From: Octopus bimaculoides
Lineage: Eukaryota
DNA: 64,000 bases
NCBI RefSeq assembly: GCF_001194135.2
Contig: NC_068996.1
Span: 52,817,232-52,881,231 of the forward strand
Direction of reading: 5' to 3'
The translations under genes and the position numbers were made by a program. This document shows, in pieces, positions 38,101 through 51,034 of this stretch. The notes below the pieces were generated by a model. It saw nothing but the letters and a program-made list of their open reading frames with translations. It made no database searches and had not been told where the DNA came from. Positions within the stretch are counted from its first letter, which is position 1. Each line of letters starts with the position of its first letter.

Positions 38101-41100
38101 CTGTCATAGGTAGGAAGACAAAGAAATAGGAACAGATTAAGTATTGTGTATAAATTTATGTACATATATATAATCCATAACATTTATATAACTGTCTTGC
38201 ATAACTGCAATTCATAAAACAACCATCTCATTGTATTGTATGCAATATTAAGAACGTGTAAATGTTACACTTAGTGAATATCAAGCAGATATAAAGAAAA
38301 ACATGCAAATTGGACAAGTTAATTCAAATGAGAATGGATAAAGGGAAAAACAAGCTCACTAGAAAACGTTTGTGTTTTTATATGAATATATGAATGGGAA
38401 AATATCTGTGGTTAAAGAATGAATAATGGTTAAAAGTTACTAACAATGAAGAGGCTCAAAGAGAATATATCTCATTTGAATGAAATTTAAATTTATCAAT
38501 ACAATGAGTTAAAACATTTTAAAGTTTGCACACTCAAAACATATTAAATAGGAATAAATTAGAATACCAATTAATACAAACCAAGATGTAATGTAGATAT
38601 TTAAATTTATATACTAAAAAAAAATTCAACTTGAAAAGACTGAAGAGTATAGCTACACGTTAGAAAAGATGAATAGTTAAAAACAAATTACAAATTAACA
38701 TTTTAATCTTAAAATATAAAAACGAAGTTTATATTAATATCAAATTAGAACTTTATTAAATTGAAATTTAAAACAATTAGTATTGTCATACTTAAAATGA
38801 ATCTAAGTATTTAGTTTTAAAATGTAATTAATTACAATACTAGAATTATTGATATTTAAGAAAAAACTCAATCATTTGAAACATTTTAAAAAGGATGAAA
38901 CAAAATATACAAGTTTGAATAAATACTAAAGAAAAACAGCTAATGCAAGCTATCTTGTAGTGGAATACTGAATTCTACAGTAATGTTCAATTATAAAACA
39001 TTTTATGCAATGAAATTGAAGTGAAATATATGAGTATATGAAGTACGTACAAAGAACAGAAAGCAAAAATGAATGGGACAAAGTGAGAAAATTTCTTGTC
39101 ATATCTAAATTATTAATGGTTTTTATTTAAAAACCTCATAAAAATCCAATAAAAATCCTGAAAACATTCAAGTACCAAAATCTTATTCCTATGTATTAAA
39201 AAAAAAAGAAAAAAAACATTCAATCCAGTTATCATTTCACACTGGTACACAATATATGTAGCCATAAAAATTATGAATTGTGATGAAATTATTTTTCAAA
39301 TAAAGGAAAGAATTCAATTCATTAGATGAATAATAAAATTTAAATAATATACAGAAAACACAAATACTTGTGTAATATATATTTACAATCTACCCCTCTT
39401 CAGATATTAACCAAGACCATGATGAAAACAATTTAATCCAAGATCATAGAAACTTAAGCTTTTAATACAGATAGATTTTGTGAAGTTGGGATTAATTATC
39501 AAAATGATGAAAAAAAAAAACATTGTATTGATAATCAAAATACAAATGGAAATCTTACTTGAAAAGCATAAGAAATTATGGAAATTATTTTCCATATTAT
39601 AATAGTTAAATCTATTATTCAAATAGCAGTACACCTGTCCAAAATGCCAGTCACTATTCATAGCATAGTAATAATGTTAATGATAATTCAGTCCATAAAA
39701 TATGTTCTGGAAATTTATAAAACAGCAACCAATCAAAGTTTCACAGAGTATTTTCACAAGATAATGCTACTAATTTAACTATGGGTGGTCTTCCAAATGA
39801 ACTACACATTATATAAATACACAATTGTCCAAGACCAGTTATAGGCCTTTCATAGAAGAGAAATTTTATATTTTTTAATTATTTTATTACTATGGAGAAA
39901 CTGTTTTGTTAGACTGATGAAATTCTTGATCATAATAAAAATATCATTGATATTTTTTATCTTTAATTTGACATGGATGAATACTCTTAAAAGTTTTCAG
40001 AGCAATGGATTAGCTGAATCAGTAAGATACTGGACAAAATAAGTTGGATTATTTGAATATGGACCTGTACATTTCACTGTTCAAATCCACCAAGATCATC
40101 TTTGCTTGTCATTGTTCCAAAGATTAGCAAAATAAGTGCAACTCAAGTACTGTGGCTGATTTAATCAACTACACAACTCTCCAAAATGAGTCTTTCTACC
40201 TATGTTAAAGATCAATAAGTTTATGGTATCAATTTTCACTAAATATTTGAATACTAAATCTAATATAATAAATGTGAAAACTAATTTCTGTGTGTCACAC
40301 TTTGACCCCCCTCTCTCACTATTCAATGTAACTTCTATTGTTGATGTTTTATTAAAAGTAGTAGTATTGATGGTGGGAGTAATAAGAGAAAGAGTGGATA
40401 TGTGAGAGAGTGAGGTACTGAACACTGAATTCATTTTCTTAGTACCACCACCATTGACACCACATCTGCCACACACACACGCACACCATTCAGACTTTTG
40501 ATGCCACCACCATCAATACCTTTGACTTCACTGCCTTCCCCTCCACCACCATCACCACTGTCATTCACATTGCTTACTCTCACTGTCAAGCCTGACCATC
40601 TCAGCTACCACCACCACCATCACAACTATAGCTCATACTATCACCCCATTACCATAAAAAAAGGCTGAAAGGTGCATGTATGGCAGAGGTGGTAGCAATG
40701 GTGGTACTGTTGTTTATCATGCAGTTTGCAATAAGTTCCAAGTTGACAAATTATATCACTGTTTTGATGAAAATTGTTCAAGTTTAATAAAATTTAACAT
40801 GTACTCAATGCATGAAGTGTCATTGTTGGGTCCAAGTCCTAAAGAAGAGATCTACACAGGAGCTAGCTTAAAAGTCACCCAATAGAGCGGCTTTTAAGCA
40901 AGTATCTTCTACATTCAAATATAATCTAGAGAAAAAAAGTCATCATCAGCCAACTTGACAAAGAACCTAATGCTAGTAATACTTGGGAAATAGCCTTGCC
41001 TAATGTACTGAAAGGGTGTTGGCTAGAATTCAATATTTCTCAGTATGAACAACCGACTAGTTTTAGTCTGAACTGTGGCCATGCTGGTACACAACCTTCG

Positions 41101-43889
41101 AAATTTTTAGTTTAAATCAATACTAATACTTGGCCTTGTACTTATTTTAATGACCTTGGAAAGAGAAATGTAACATCATCCTGGAACAGGATTTACAACT
41201 CAGGACAAAGGGGAGTAACTGACCCTCCTCAAGTTATTCTGACTGGCTCTTTACTAATTCTGCCCACTATAAAACTACTTGCTAATATACATATGTAAAT
41301 AGAAAAACATGAAAATATATTAGTATTTTATTTACAAACATATTCACACATTTGAATTAATACACACAGGCTCACACATACTGTGCATCCAAAAAGACAA
41401 ACTGCTGCTCACTACTTTTGTACATCTTCTCATTCACAGCTGCAGTTTCAGTTACTTAGTTATGTAATTGTTGGGAAAAGTTGACAGTTGTCACCTGCTG
41501 GCAAAGAATAAACTGCATGAAATGTTTTAAGTTGTGCAATGTTTATGGTAATAAGGCATAAGCAATGGATGTGAAAAGATTAATGGAGGGCAGAGGAGAA
41601 CGAGCTAACAGAGAACATCCAATGAAACGTTTAACTTGCATTAAAAAACTGAGCATACACAAGAGAACTATGAAAGCAGACAGACAAGGATTGTTGGCTG
41701 TGCTGGTATAGATATATAATGCATACAGATGAAATTCTGACATAAATTGACCAAGAGAGAGAGAGAGACAGGGATTGATGAAGTCAAATCTAAAAGTTAT
41801 AGACGATTTCAAATAGCAGGATTCAGTATTGCAAACAAGTATGAGAAAAAAAAATGTTAAAAAACCATCACATTGTTTGGAACATAACTTAGATGATGCT
41901 TATATAGAGTTAGGAAGAATTTGAAATAAATGACCATTTTAAGATGGGCAATTTTGTTGCAATAGAACCAGAGATGACCTCAAGCAAGTTGATATCAAAA
42001 ATGAATGGTTTAACAGCCCCAGGATGTTTGAATGTGGAATGAAAATAAGCCAGTTTATTTAAAAGACAAATTAGAAAAAAAATCTAAGAAAACAGCATAA
42101 ATATAACAAAAATTCTAAAATATACCAGAGAATTAAAAACTAATAAATGGATTGACTATAAGCTATCAAATGGATGAAACATGGATTTTATAAAATGGCC
42201 AGTTGAGTAAATGAAATGATTTATGAGGAACAAAGAGTTAGTTCAGAGCATCAGTTATAATTAATAAGCATTTAGCCGATAAAAAAATACAACTTGCCAA
42301 CACAAAATATAAAGCTATCAATATTTGATACAAGTCAGGTAAACAATTTCACTAATATTTACTATGGTTACAGATAGAATTGTTCACAACAACTGATAAG
42401 ATTAATGCAGATTAATGCAACAACCTTAAAGTCAGAAAAACAAAGTTAATTATTAAAATAAAGACAAGCTGAAAATGTAGATCAAACGATATTTGCATCC
42501 ATAAATATGTAATAATGTTCACATTATCAGGATTATTCCTTAAAAATTATAGTTGATTATTCCTTAAAAATATATAACTGGGATAATTTGAAAGCCAATT
42601 TATGAAACAAGTTTCTGGTTAACTAGTTTCTTAGATTGCTTTTAGACAACATTTTAAAAACATTTCAAAATGAAATGGTTCACAGCACCTTCAGCTTATT
42701 TTGGGCAAGTGGAGATAAGCAGTTAACATCTCTATAATTGATTTCAGATATGTAACCTCTTTGATCAAATTTCTTTAGTTGTGAAAAGAAACCTTTTATT
42801 TCCTATTTACTATATCTACCAAGAATTCCTTTAACATTTCTTTCAGGTTACTACAGTCTAATACACAAGATGCTTATTTTATTTTTATCTTTATATACTT
42901 TAGTTCATTCTAATTTGTTTTTACCAATTAAAAATGGCAATTACTCTTAGATAAAACAAATTTAAAAAGTCACTCACAGATCCAAGATAGTACACTCAAG
43001 TAAATTTTTAGTATTAGAAACATAAACATGACTGACAATTTATCTTGGAATAAGTCACTGAGATATACAACAGGGATCAATGTATGTAGCAGAAGACTTT
43101 TCAATAAACATGTATATAATGTGCTTCCTAATTAAATGACACAACTCTGAAACCAATTACAGAATACCAAGTTCTTTGTAGAATAGGTGTACATCATGGA
43201 GAAATTTATCAACACAGAATTAACAATAACCCTTAACAAGCAACTGGAATCCATAAACTTCCTTTCTTTGATGCGGATTTTAGCAGTGAAAATGCTATCT
43301 AGCAACATTTTGTATAAACAAACTGTATTGGCAGTCAAACTTATACGATCACCAAGTCCTACCATTTTAATAATCTGCACAAAATTATAAAGAAATTACA
43401 TGGTTGTTCTAATAGTGACTGATCTGTTTTCTATCCAGACTCTCAGACTAAAATTATATCTGGGTTTCTATGACACAGGAAGCTGAACCTAGGGACATAT
43501 TACATTGGCTTTTCAAATTTCTTTTTTCTATTGGCATGAGTAGTGTTTTGTTTGGGGAAAAATCATTTAGCCCTATCATCAGCCAATTTGTCTGAGAAAT
43601 CTGAGTTATACTCTTGTAGTGAATGTGATCCAACTATTTTTAGTTTGATTCTAAGTTCACTCAATCAGATTGGGACCCAATATTTCTGGCATGAACATAT
43701 CTTTATCAGTCTTTGTTATTCAGGTCAGTTAAGTACTAAATTAAGTAATTAAGGCTTAACCACGTTTGGTGTCAAAATACTGGAAACCAAACAAAGTATC
43801 ATACAAAAGACATGGAACCAACCATGCAATAATCTAAGATTGACTTTCAATGAGTAAATGAGCCAAATATGAATGCTAAATACAAAGTT

Positions 43890-43997
<108 letters not shown>

Positions 43998-44310
43998 TTG
44001 CAAAAGATGGAAAAACAGAAATGAAGATAGTAACATTATAAACAGGGTTATCATAGAAAGTTGATTAAATTTAAGTTTACTTCCAATTTAGTGTTTTTGA
44101 GAGTTGGGATTGAAAACCTGATCCATCTTTAATTAAACAATTAGTATATTATATAAAGCATTTAAAAAGTGAATTAATAGACGCATTACAAATTGAGGTA
44201 TTTCATACACTGGAATTAAGAGAATATTAGAGCAGCACAAAAGAACTGACATCTTCTTTGCAATACAGTGTTAGAATAGATGGCAGTTCGTAAGACCAAC
44301 AATAACTTAC

Positions 44311-44362
44311 CAATGATAATGATAATAATCACAAGTACAATGGTAACAAGAATAGCGATCAT
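44311..44362 (-). CDS. Syb: Syb alternative transmembrane exon B, MIAILVTIVLVIIIIII
   Basis: ctcttttacag|atgatcgctatt...attatcattg|gtaagt; same length (52 nt), phase and donor context (ATCATTG|GTAAGT) as exon A; 17 hydrophobic codons. Confidence 0.85.
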
Positions 44363-44628
44363 CTGTAAAAGAGAATTTCAAAAAAGCCAAAAGTGCAAAT
44401 AAATAAAAAAATTATAAGTAAAAAGAGATAACATTGTTTAACCTCTAAAAAGATTGACTTCAACATTACGAAAAAAAAGTTTAAATTAACTGATGCTCAA
44501 AAGCAGCTTAAATGCTTTCCGATTTTTTTTTTTTTAATTATCTTTTTAAATTTTGTCTCAAATTGAGTACATGAGCATTCTCATGAAATCTTATGATTAG
44601 CAATCTAATATAAGAGGTTAAAATTTCG

Positions 44629-44665
<37 letters not shown>

Positions 44666-45145
44666 GCGTGCAAGTGCAAGATAAAAAATAATGACATTCC
44701 AGAATATATTTCAAAGAAGAAGGAAAAGAAAAAAAAAAAAAAGAAAGAAAATGAAAGAATGAAAGAAAGATAGCAAATTTGCTTTGCGTGCTATGGGGAA
44801 AAAATTCAAATGCAAATTGTCAAAGTATATAAAACTTGAAATAAAATTTCTAAATTGGCATTCAGTGCTGGAGAAAAGAAAAACACTTTCAAGATGTCGG
44901 TTCAGTAACAATCAGCTTTCATCTGGTTGAAAGGTTATTTTTATTTCATTTTTTACCACTCAACATATTTTCATACAGTAACCCATACTTTCTGCTCGTT
45001 TTATAAACGATAAAATTTAAAACAAGCAGAAAATTACTGCATATCATACTGAGTGGGCAAAAAAAAAAAAAGTGTGATTTCCAGGAAGCTGTTGTAAACA
45101 AACTCAACAGGAAAGTGATTGATAATCGATGGCACCAGCACTTAC

Positions 45146-45197
45146 CAATGATTACAGTGACAATGGCTGCCACAATCGCACCAAGAATTATCATCAT
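45146..45197 (-). CDS. Syb: Syb transmembrane exon A, MMIILGAIVAAIVTVII
   Basis: aatttcag|atgatgataatt...gtaatcattg|gtaagt; 52 nt, phase 0/1; canonical VAMP TM segment. Confidence 0.95.
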
Positions 45198-46488
45198 CTG
45201 AAATTATTCAGTAATAAGGCTTCATGATTTATACCATGTTCATAAAATAATTCTACCAGGCTGTATACATTCTAAAATTTAAACTCCTTAATTATTGAAT
45301 TGAAAGAAAACAAAGAGAAGAAAGGAAATGGTCATCACATTTCATTTTTATATAAGATATGTGTTATGGATCAAGTATCCATAATTGAAGATCTTAACTG
45401 TTATCCTGCCAAATTACATACAAAGGCAAATTGAAGATAAGCTTCTTATGTCACTACTCATGGAGACAAAAAATGTAGCAGGGCACATCTAATTCGAAAT
45501 TATGTACAATTAAAAACAGAGTTTATTTAAAGCCACAATTGTAGCCTAATGTAATCTTATGAAAAGTCATGACTGTGGCTTTTAGCAGGGTAACAGTTAA
45601 TATTTTTGAAATAATTACAGAAAGTATGAGTCAACATATTTAATTATCTGAACACTATATTTTGTAAAGCTGTTGAAAGACTATTCTTACATGTATAAAA
45701 TAAAGTGCCAAGAACATTCTATAATGTAAATGAATACATTTTTAAAAAGAAATTTAAATACTTTAAAAAAATTTTTAAATGTTTTGTACACATTTTTTAA
45801 TCCAGAATAAGATTTCAAAATTAGTTCACAAATTACCAAGATATAAAATAAATTACTCTAACAGCTTTAAAGTCAGTTTAACTTAGTAAAATAATATACA
45901 GATTAACTATATATTTCATCATTTAACTGCCACTCTCCAAGCAAAGATGCATTGGAAGATTCAATAGGATCCAACAAATCAGAGGACCGTGACATGCTCC
46001 AATGTCTTTTATTGTGGTTTCCAAGGTCGGATACCCTTTCTAACAACCACTTGACAGAGCATACTGGTTGCATTTTCATGCTACCAGCAAGACTAAAAAA
46101 GAACTTAAAGTGGCCCCTAAAACTGAAGGAGACTTTAAGAGCGTAATAATTTTTAGCAAGGTAATGAAAGACAGTAAAGAATGATAAGAGGAACAGATTT
46201 TTAGCAGTGTGGTAGTAGTGGAGGAGGGAGTAGTATGGAAGGAAACAGGGAAAGGGAGGTCAGGGTCAATGGTTAGTGAGAAAGGAAAGGTTAGGATTGT
46301 GAAGGTGATGAGACTGGCTGTGTAGAGGGGGTATTCTGCATTATAAGGGTGAGTATGAACGGTAGGCTTGAGGGGAAGGGAAGATGAAAGAGACAAAATA
46401 GATGAGTGGCAAGAATCCATGAAGAGTCAATAAGAGGAGCAGGAGTTGTTGCGGACAGGCTGGTGTGGGAGAGATGGTGTAAAAGCTG

Positions 46489-46543
<55 letters not shown>

Positions 46544-47492
46544 NNNNNNNNNNNNNNNNNNNNNNNNNNNNNNNNNNNNNNNNNNNNNNNNNNNNNNNNN
46601 NNNNNNNNNNNNNNNNNNNNNNNNNNNNNNNNNNNNNNNNNNNNNNNNNNNNNNNNNNNNNNNNNNNNNNNNNNNNNNNNNNNNNNNNNNNNNNNNNNNN
46701 NNNNNNNNNNNNNNNNNNNNNNNNNNNNNNNNNNNNNNNNNNNNNNNNNNNNNNNNNNNNNNNNNNNNNNNNNNNNNNNNNNNNNNNNNNNNNNNNNNNN
46801 NNNNNNNNNNNNNNNNNNNNNNNNNNNNNNNNNNNNNNNNNNNNNNNNNNNNNNNNNNNNNNNNNNNNNNNNNNNNNNNNNNNNNNNNNNNNNNNNNNNN
46901 NNNNNNNNNNNNNNNNNNNNNNNNNNNNNNNNNNNNNNNNNNNNNNNNNNNNNNNNNNNNNNNNNNNNNNNNNNNNNNNNNNNNNNNNNNNNNNNNNNNN
47001 NNNNNNNNNNNNNNNNNNNNNNNNNNNNNNNNNNNNNNNNNNNNNNNNNNNNNNNNNNNNNNNNNNNNNNNNNNNNNNNNNNNNNNNNNNNNNNNNNNNN
47101 NNNNNNNNNNNNNNNNNNNNNNNNNNNNNNNNNNNNNNNNNNNNNNNNNNNNNNNNNNNNNNNNNNNNNNNNNNNNNNNNNNNNNNNNNNNNNNNNNNNN
47201 NNNNNNNNNNNNNNNNNNNNNNNNNNNNNNNNNNNNNNNNNNNNNNNNNNNNNNNNNNNNNNNNNNNNNNNNNNNNNNNNNNNNNNNNNNNNNNNNNNNN
47301 NNNNNNNNNNNNNNNNNNNNNNNNNNNNNNNNNNNNNNNNNNNNNNNNNNNNNNNNNNNNNNNNNNNNNNNNNNNNNNNNNNNNNNNNNNNNNNNNNNNN
47401 NNNNNNNNNNNNNNNNNNNNNNNNNNNNNNNNNNNNNNNNNNNNNNNNNNNNNNNNNNNNNNNNNNNNNNNNNNNNNNNNNNNNNNNNNNNN
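46544..47492 (-). other. Assembly gap, probably containing the missing Syb exon (about 80 nt, DALQAGASQFE...WWKNxK)
   Basis: The expected phase 1/0 exon between ELDDRA and MMIILG was not found in called bases 45198-49412; this is the only gap in that interval. Confidence 0.65.
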
Positions 47493-49412
47493 TTATGCAA
47501 CAAGATGGTGTAATAATTTTTAAGAAAAGATGCTTTTACATTCATCAGCTGTATTTGTTACAAATGAAATGGAAAAAATGTAATAGGCAACAGAGAGCCT
47601 GTCAAACAACTTCATTAAAAAGAATCATCAACCCAAGTTTATTCAAGTATTCTTTTCTGTCTGTTCCTGCACAACAACAGTTTACCAATACATCACACCC
47701 AAAATACTAAAATTACAGCTTTTTTAATGACCTATTTAATAATGTTTTCTCAATTCCTCATTTTATTTGTACTACAGGAAAATGTTGATAGCTTTCACAG
47801 ATCAACTGAGATTGGCAGGATTGTAACATATGTTTAGTAGAAACAGGAGGAAATTCTTGAGAATTGATATTCAGGAGACAAATAGGCAAGTTGAAAGTTC
47901 AGGTTGGGTGATGAAAAGCAGTAGGAGTGATAAGAAATTGATTCATTGGGTTAAGCAAGATTCAGAAAGGATATAGAACGTGTGTCAATCAGAAACATAA
48001 ATAGGGAAGTTTCACCTACACATAAGAAAACTTTTCACACACCCTACCCACAACAAACCAATCTACATCTCTGTATCATTACTATCCGGTAGCCCCCTCT
48101 TACTCTACATACCCAGGTTTTCACCTCTCACTTCCTCTCCCCACTCTCTAATTACACTTCTTTGGCGATATCCTGCCACTTATATTACGACCTTCAAACC
48201 TCAAAGGTATTCCCTGGCACTTGCCACCATCTATATCTATCTACCTTTACTTGACCATCCCATTTACATTCTGATCCCTGTTCCTTGTGAGTATGCCCGG
48301 CACTTTCACCACACTCTCCTTCTCCTGCACTTCCCTCAGGTTAGGTAACCATGTATCTCCTTTGCAGCAGCACACCCGTTTCTGTCCTTGTTCCTGATCT
48401 CTCTCTCTCCCTCTTTCCAGCTGGGTAACCATGTACCTCTGCTACAGCAAGACACCTGTTTGTGTCTCTCTGTCTCTCACTTTAACCTTTCATCATCACC
48501 TCCTCCCCTCTCAAAAGATCTTTGTCTTGCAGGTTACATGGTGACCCTGCCAGTGCAGGTATCACTTAAAAAGCATCCTATCAACACTGTAAAGTGGTTG
48601 GCATTTTGGAAGGGCATCCAGCTGTAAAAACCTTGCCTGTGCTTGTGCCATGTACAAAGCACTAAGTCCACTCTGCTGAATGGTTGGTGTTAGGAAAGGC
48701 ATCTGTCTATAAAAATCCTGCCAAAACAGCCACAGAAGTCTGGTGCAGGATGCTGCCTGGCCGGCTCCTGTCCCACCCTTGCCAGCATGAAAGGCAGATG
48801 TTAAACGATGATGAAAATATGTTATTGTAGAAAGGTCACAGCAACAAAGTGAAAAGAAGACAAGAGCTACGAGATGCGAACACTGAAGTCACCAAGACAG
48901 AAGACTTTAGGGAATGAGAAATAAACACTCTCAATGTAGGATTTATCACAGTTTAACAGTTGCAGGTATTTAAAGTGTTCAAAATGTGGTAGAGGGATGA
49001 GGAAAGTACATTGAATGAAAGTAATTGGAAATTTTTGATGCTGCTATCCAGATGAGAGACTGACTGCGCCATCTTTCAGAGTAAAGTTGGATTCGTGACA
49101 GTAAAGGTCAGCTAGAGACATCAGGTGAGAAATTTGTCTTGAATGCGAGTTACTTACATGTTAATATCAGATGAACAGAATCTAGGTAGATACACTATTA
49201 CTGACTCTCAGAATACATTGATTAAATTACACTATTTTTTAACAATATACCAAACAGAATTTTCAAGCCTGACTAAAACATTTTCACTTTCTTTTTATTA
49301 GATTCCAAATTAGCCAATTCTTTATTAACTCAGTCGTTTGGATGAGGATTTAGATAAATTGAAAAATTATATTTGCATGTCATGTAAGAAAAGAAATTTT
49401 AATAAAGCTAAC

Positions 49413-49491
49413 CTGCTCTGTCATCCAGTTCGGAGATTTTAGAATCTCTTTCCAAAACTTTATCAACATTCACGCGCATAATATCTACAAC
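49413..49491 (-). CDS. Syb: Syb exon, [26 protein letters not shown](D)
   Basis: tttcttcag|gttgtagat...gacagagcag|gttagc; 79 nt, phase 0/1; zero-layer Arg in VLERD. Confidence 0.96.
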
Positions 49492-49718
49492 CTGAAGAAA
49501 AAGAAATATAAAAAGTGCAACAGCATTAATAATTTATGCTCCAAATAACCATTTTCATTACTTTATGAGAAATATTTTTTAAGCTGGTAAAAGGAATTTT
49601 TAAGAAAACTGTATGAAAATAAACAAAAGTAAAGATAGTCTTACACAAAGAATTTGAATGGATCACTTTGTAAAAATTAAGATTGACTAATAAGCAAGAA
49701 CAAAATTGTATGAATTAC

Positions 49719-49824
49719 CTCTTCAACTTGAGCCTGTGTTTGTTGCAACCGTTTACTTTGCTGGACAGGCTGAGGAGGGCCTTGTGGTGGGCCAGGAGGG
49801 CCACCAGGCTGTGGTGGGCCTGAC
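49719..49824 (-). CDS. Syb: Syb exon, SGPPQPGGPPGPPQGPPQPVQQSKRLQQTQAQVEE
   Basis: tttctttag|gtcaggccca...gttgaagag|gtaatt; 106 nt, phase 2/0; contains the start of the SNARE motif (RLQQTQAQV). Confidence 0.96.
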
Positions 49825-50635
49825 CTAAAGAAATATATTAAACAATAAATTAATACTTTGATTTTGAAATGAATTTAATCCAAAGCCAACATTTTTATTC
49901 AAATAAGTTTCATAATTTTGACACATCTTACTTTAAAGGGAATCTAATGCAAAAACTAACTGAAAGCAATCTGACAAAATTAGTTGATAACTACTTACAA
50001 AAGAAAGCCGATATTTTAGAGGAATAAAATAATTATCTCCTTAATGAATAATTTATTTTGACTATTCAAAATAAACTTTAATTAGCAAACAAACTTACGA
50101 AGCTAAAACACTTCATGTTTAATACTTAAGCAAGATTGGATTAATCATACTGTACATCCCCAAAAATGATAAAAGAAAAAAATTTTTTTGCAAGATATGA
50201 ATATCAAAAAGACAAGCATAACTTAATTTTTAGCAATGAAAAAATAGTAAATTTAATGTATTTTTTAAGACAATAAAATTATCTCGAATGATGATATTAC
50301 ATTAAACTAGAAACATTTCAACAACCTTATGGAAATCAATAAGATTTGCTACCTTATAACTGCTATAGAGAAACTGTTTCTAGAAATCAACTTAAAGAGA
50401 TTTTCATAAATATAAGATAAAAGAATCACAAAAAAGAAAAAATTATATAAAATCAAGATAGAAAGAGTACACATACTGGNNNNNNNNNNNNNNNNNNNNN
50501 NNNNNNNNNNNNNNNNNNNNNNNNNNNNNNNNNNNNNNNNNNNNNNNNNNNNNNNNNNNNNNNNNNNNNNNNNNNNNNNNNNNNNNNNNNNNNNNNNNNN
50601 NNNNNNNNNNNNNNNNNNNNNNNNNNNNNNNNNNN

Positions 50636-50668
<33 letters not shown>

Positions 50669-50888
50669 TCCTTTGGGATGTTGTACGTGTCCAACAGAAC
50701 AGTACATAAAATAATTTCAAGCATTTATACATGCAGCATCTGTACAATATAAGCACAGAAAACTAAAAAAACTGAAAGAGATTTGTTCTATAGAGTGCAG
50801 AATAAACACAAAAATTAAAATAAATTTACAGAGTCAACAGTGATTACAACAATGAGCAGTAGCTACAGCACATTAACTCTGTACTTAC

Positions 50889-50930
50889 GGTGGACCCCCA
50901 GGGCCAGCCTGTGGATTTTGTGGTCCAGAC
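50889..50930 (-). CDS. Syb: Syb exon, (M)SGPQNPQAGPGGP(P)
   Basis: tttacttag|gtctggaccacaa...ggtccacc|gtaagt; 42 nt, phase 2/2. Confidence 0.93.
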
Positions 50931-51011
50931 CTAAGTAAACATGGAGAAAAATGCATTAGCCACTAAAGAACGAGGATTTCTTTGAAGTATATTTTTTTCA
51001 CCAACACTTAC

Positions 51012-51034
51012 ATGGTAAAAAGCTGTTCCAGGAG
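51012..51034 (-). CDS. Syb: Syb 23-nt microexon ending in AT of a split start codon
   Basis: Minus strand: ttgttttatacag|ctcctggaacagctttttaccAT|gtaagt; 81-nt intron to the next exon, which begins with G. The AT|G split is also seen in vertebrate VAMP2. Confidence 0.65.

Noticed and set aside
40165-40199. Other candidate phase-1 terminal exons: GRKTHFGELCS* (40199), AFIFGSFTH* (43875), ARKANLL... (44790), DY* (near 43375), VYDGCC... (25555)
   Set aside because: AG acceptors after U-rich tracts are common in this AT-rich DNA and these lack the V-W signature; they need RNA evidence.
44946-45145. Read-through of the TM exon A donor giving a 66-aa extension (GKCWCHRL...)
   Set aside because: The donor is a perfect GTAAGT and the extension is low-complexity; intron retention cannot be shown from DNA alone.
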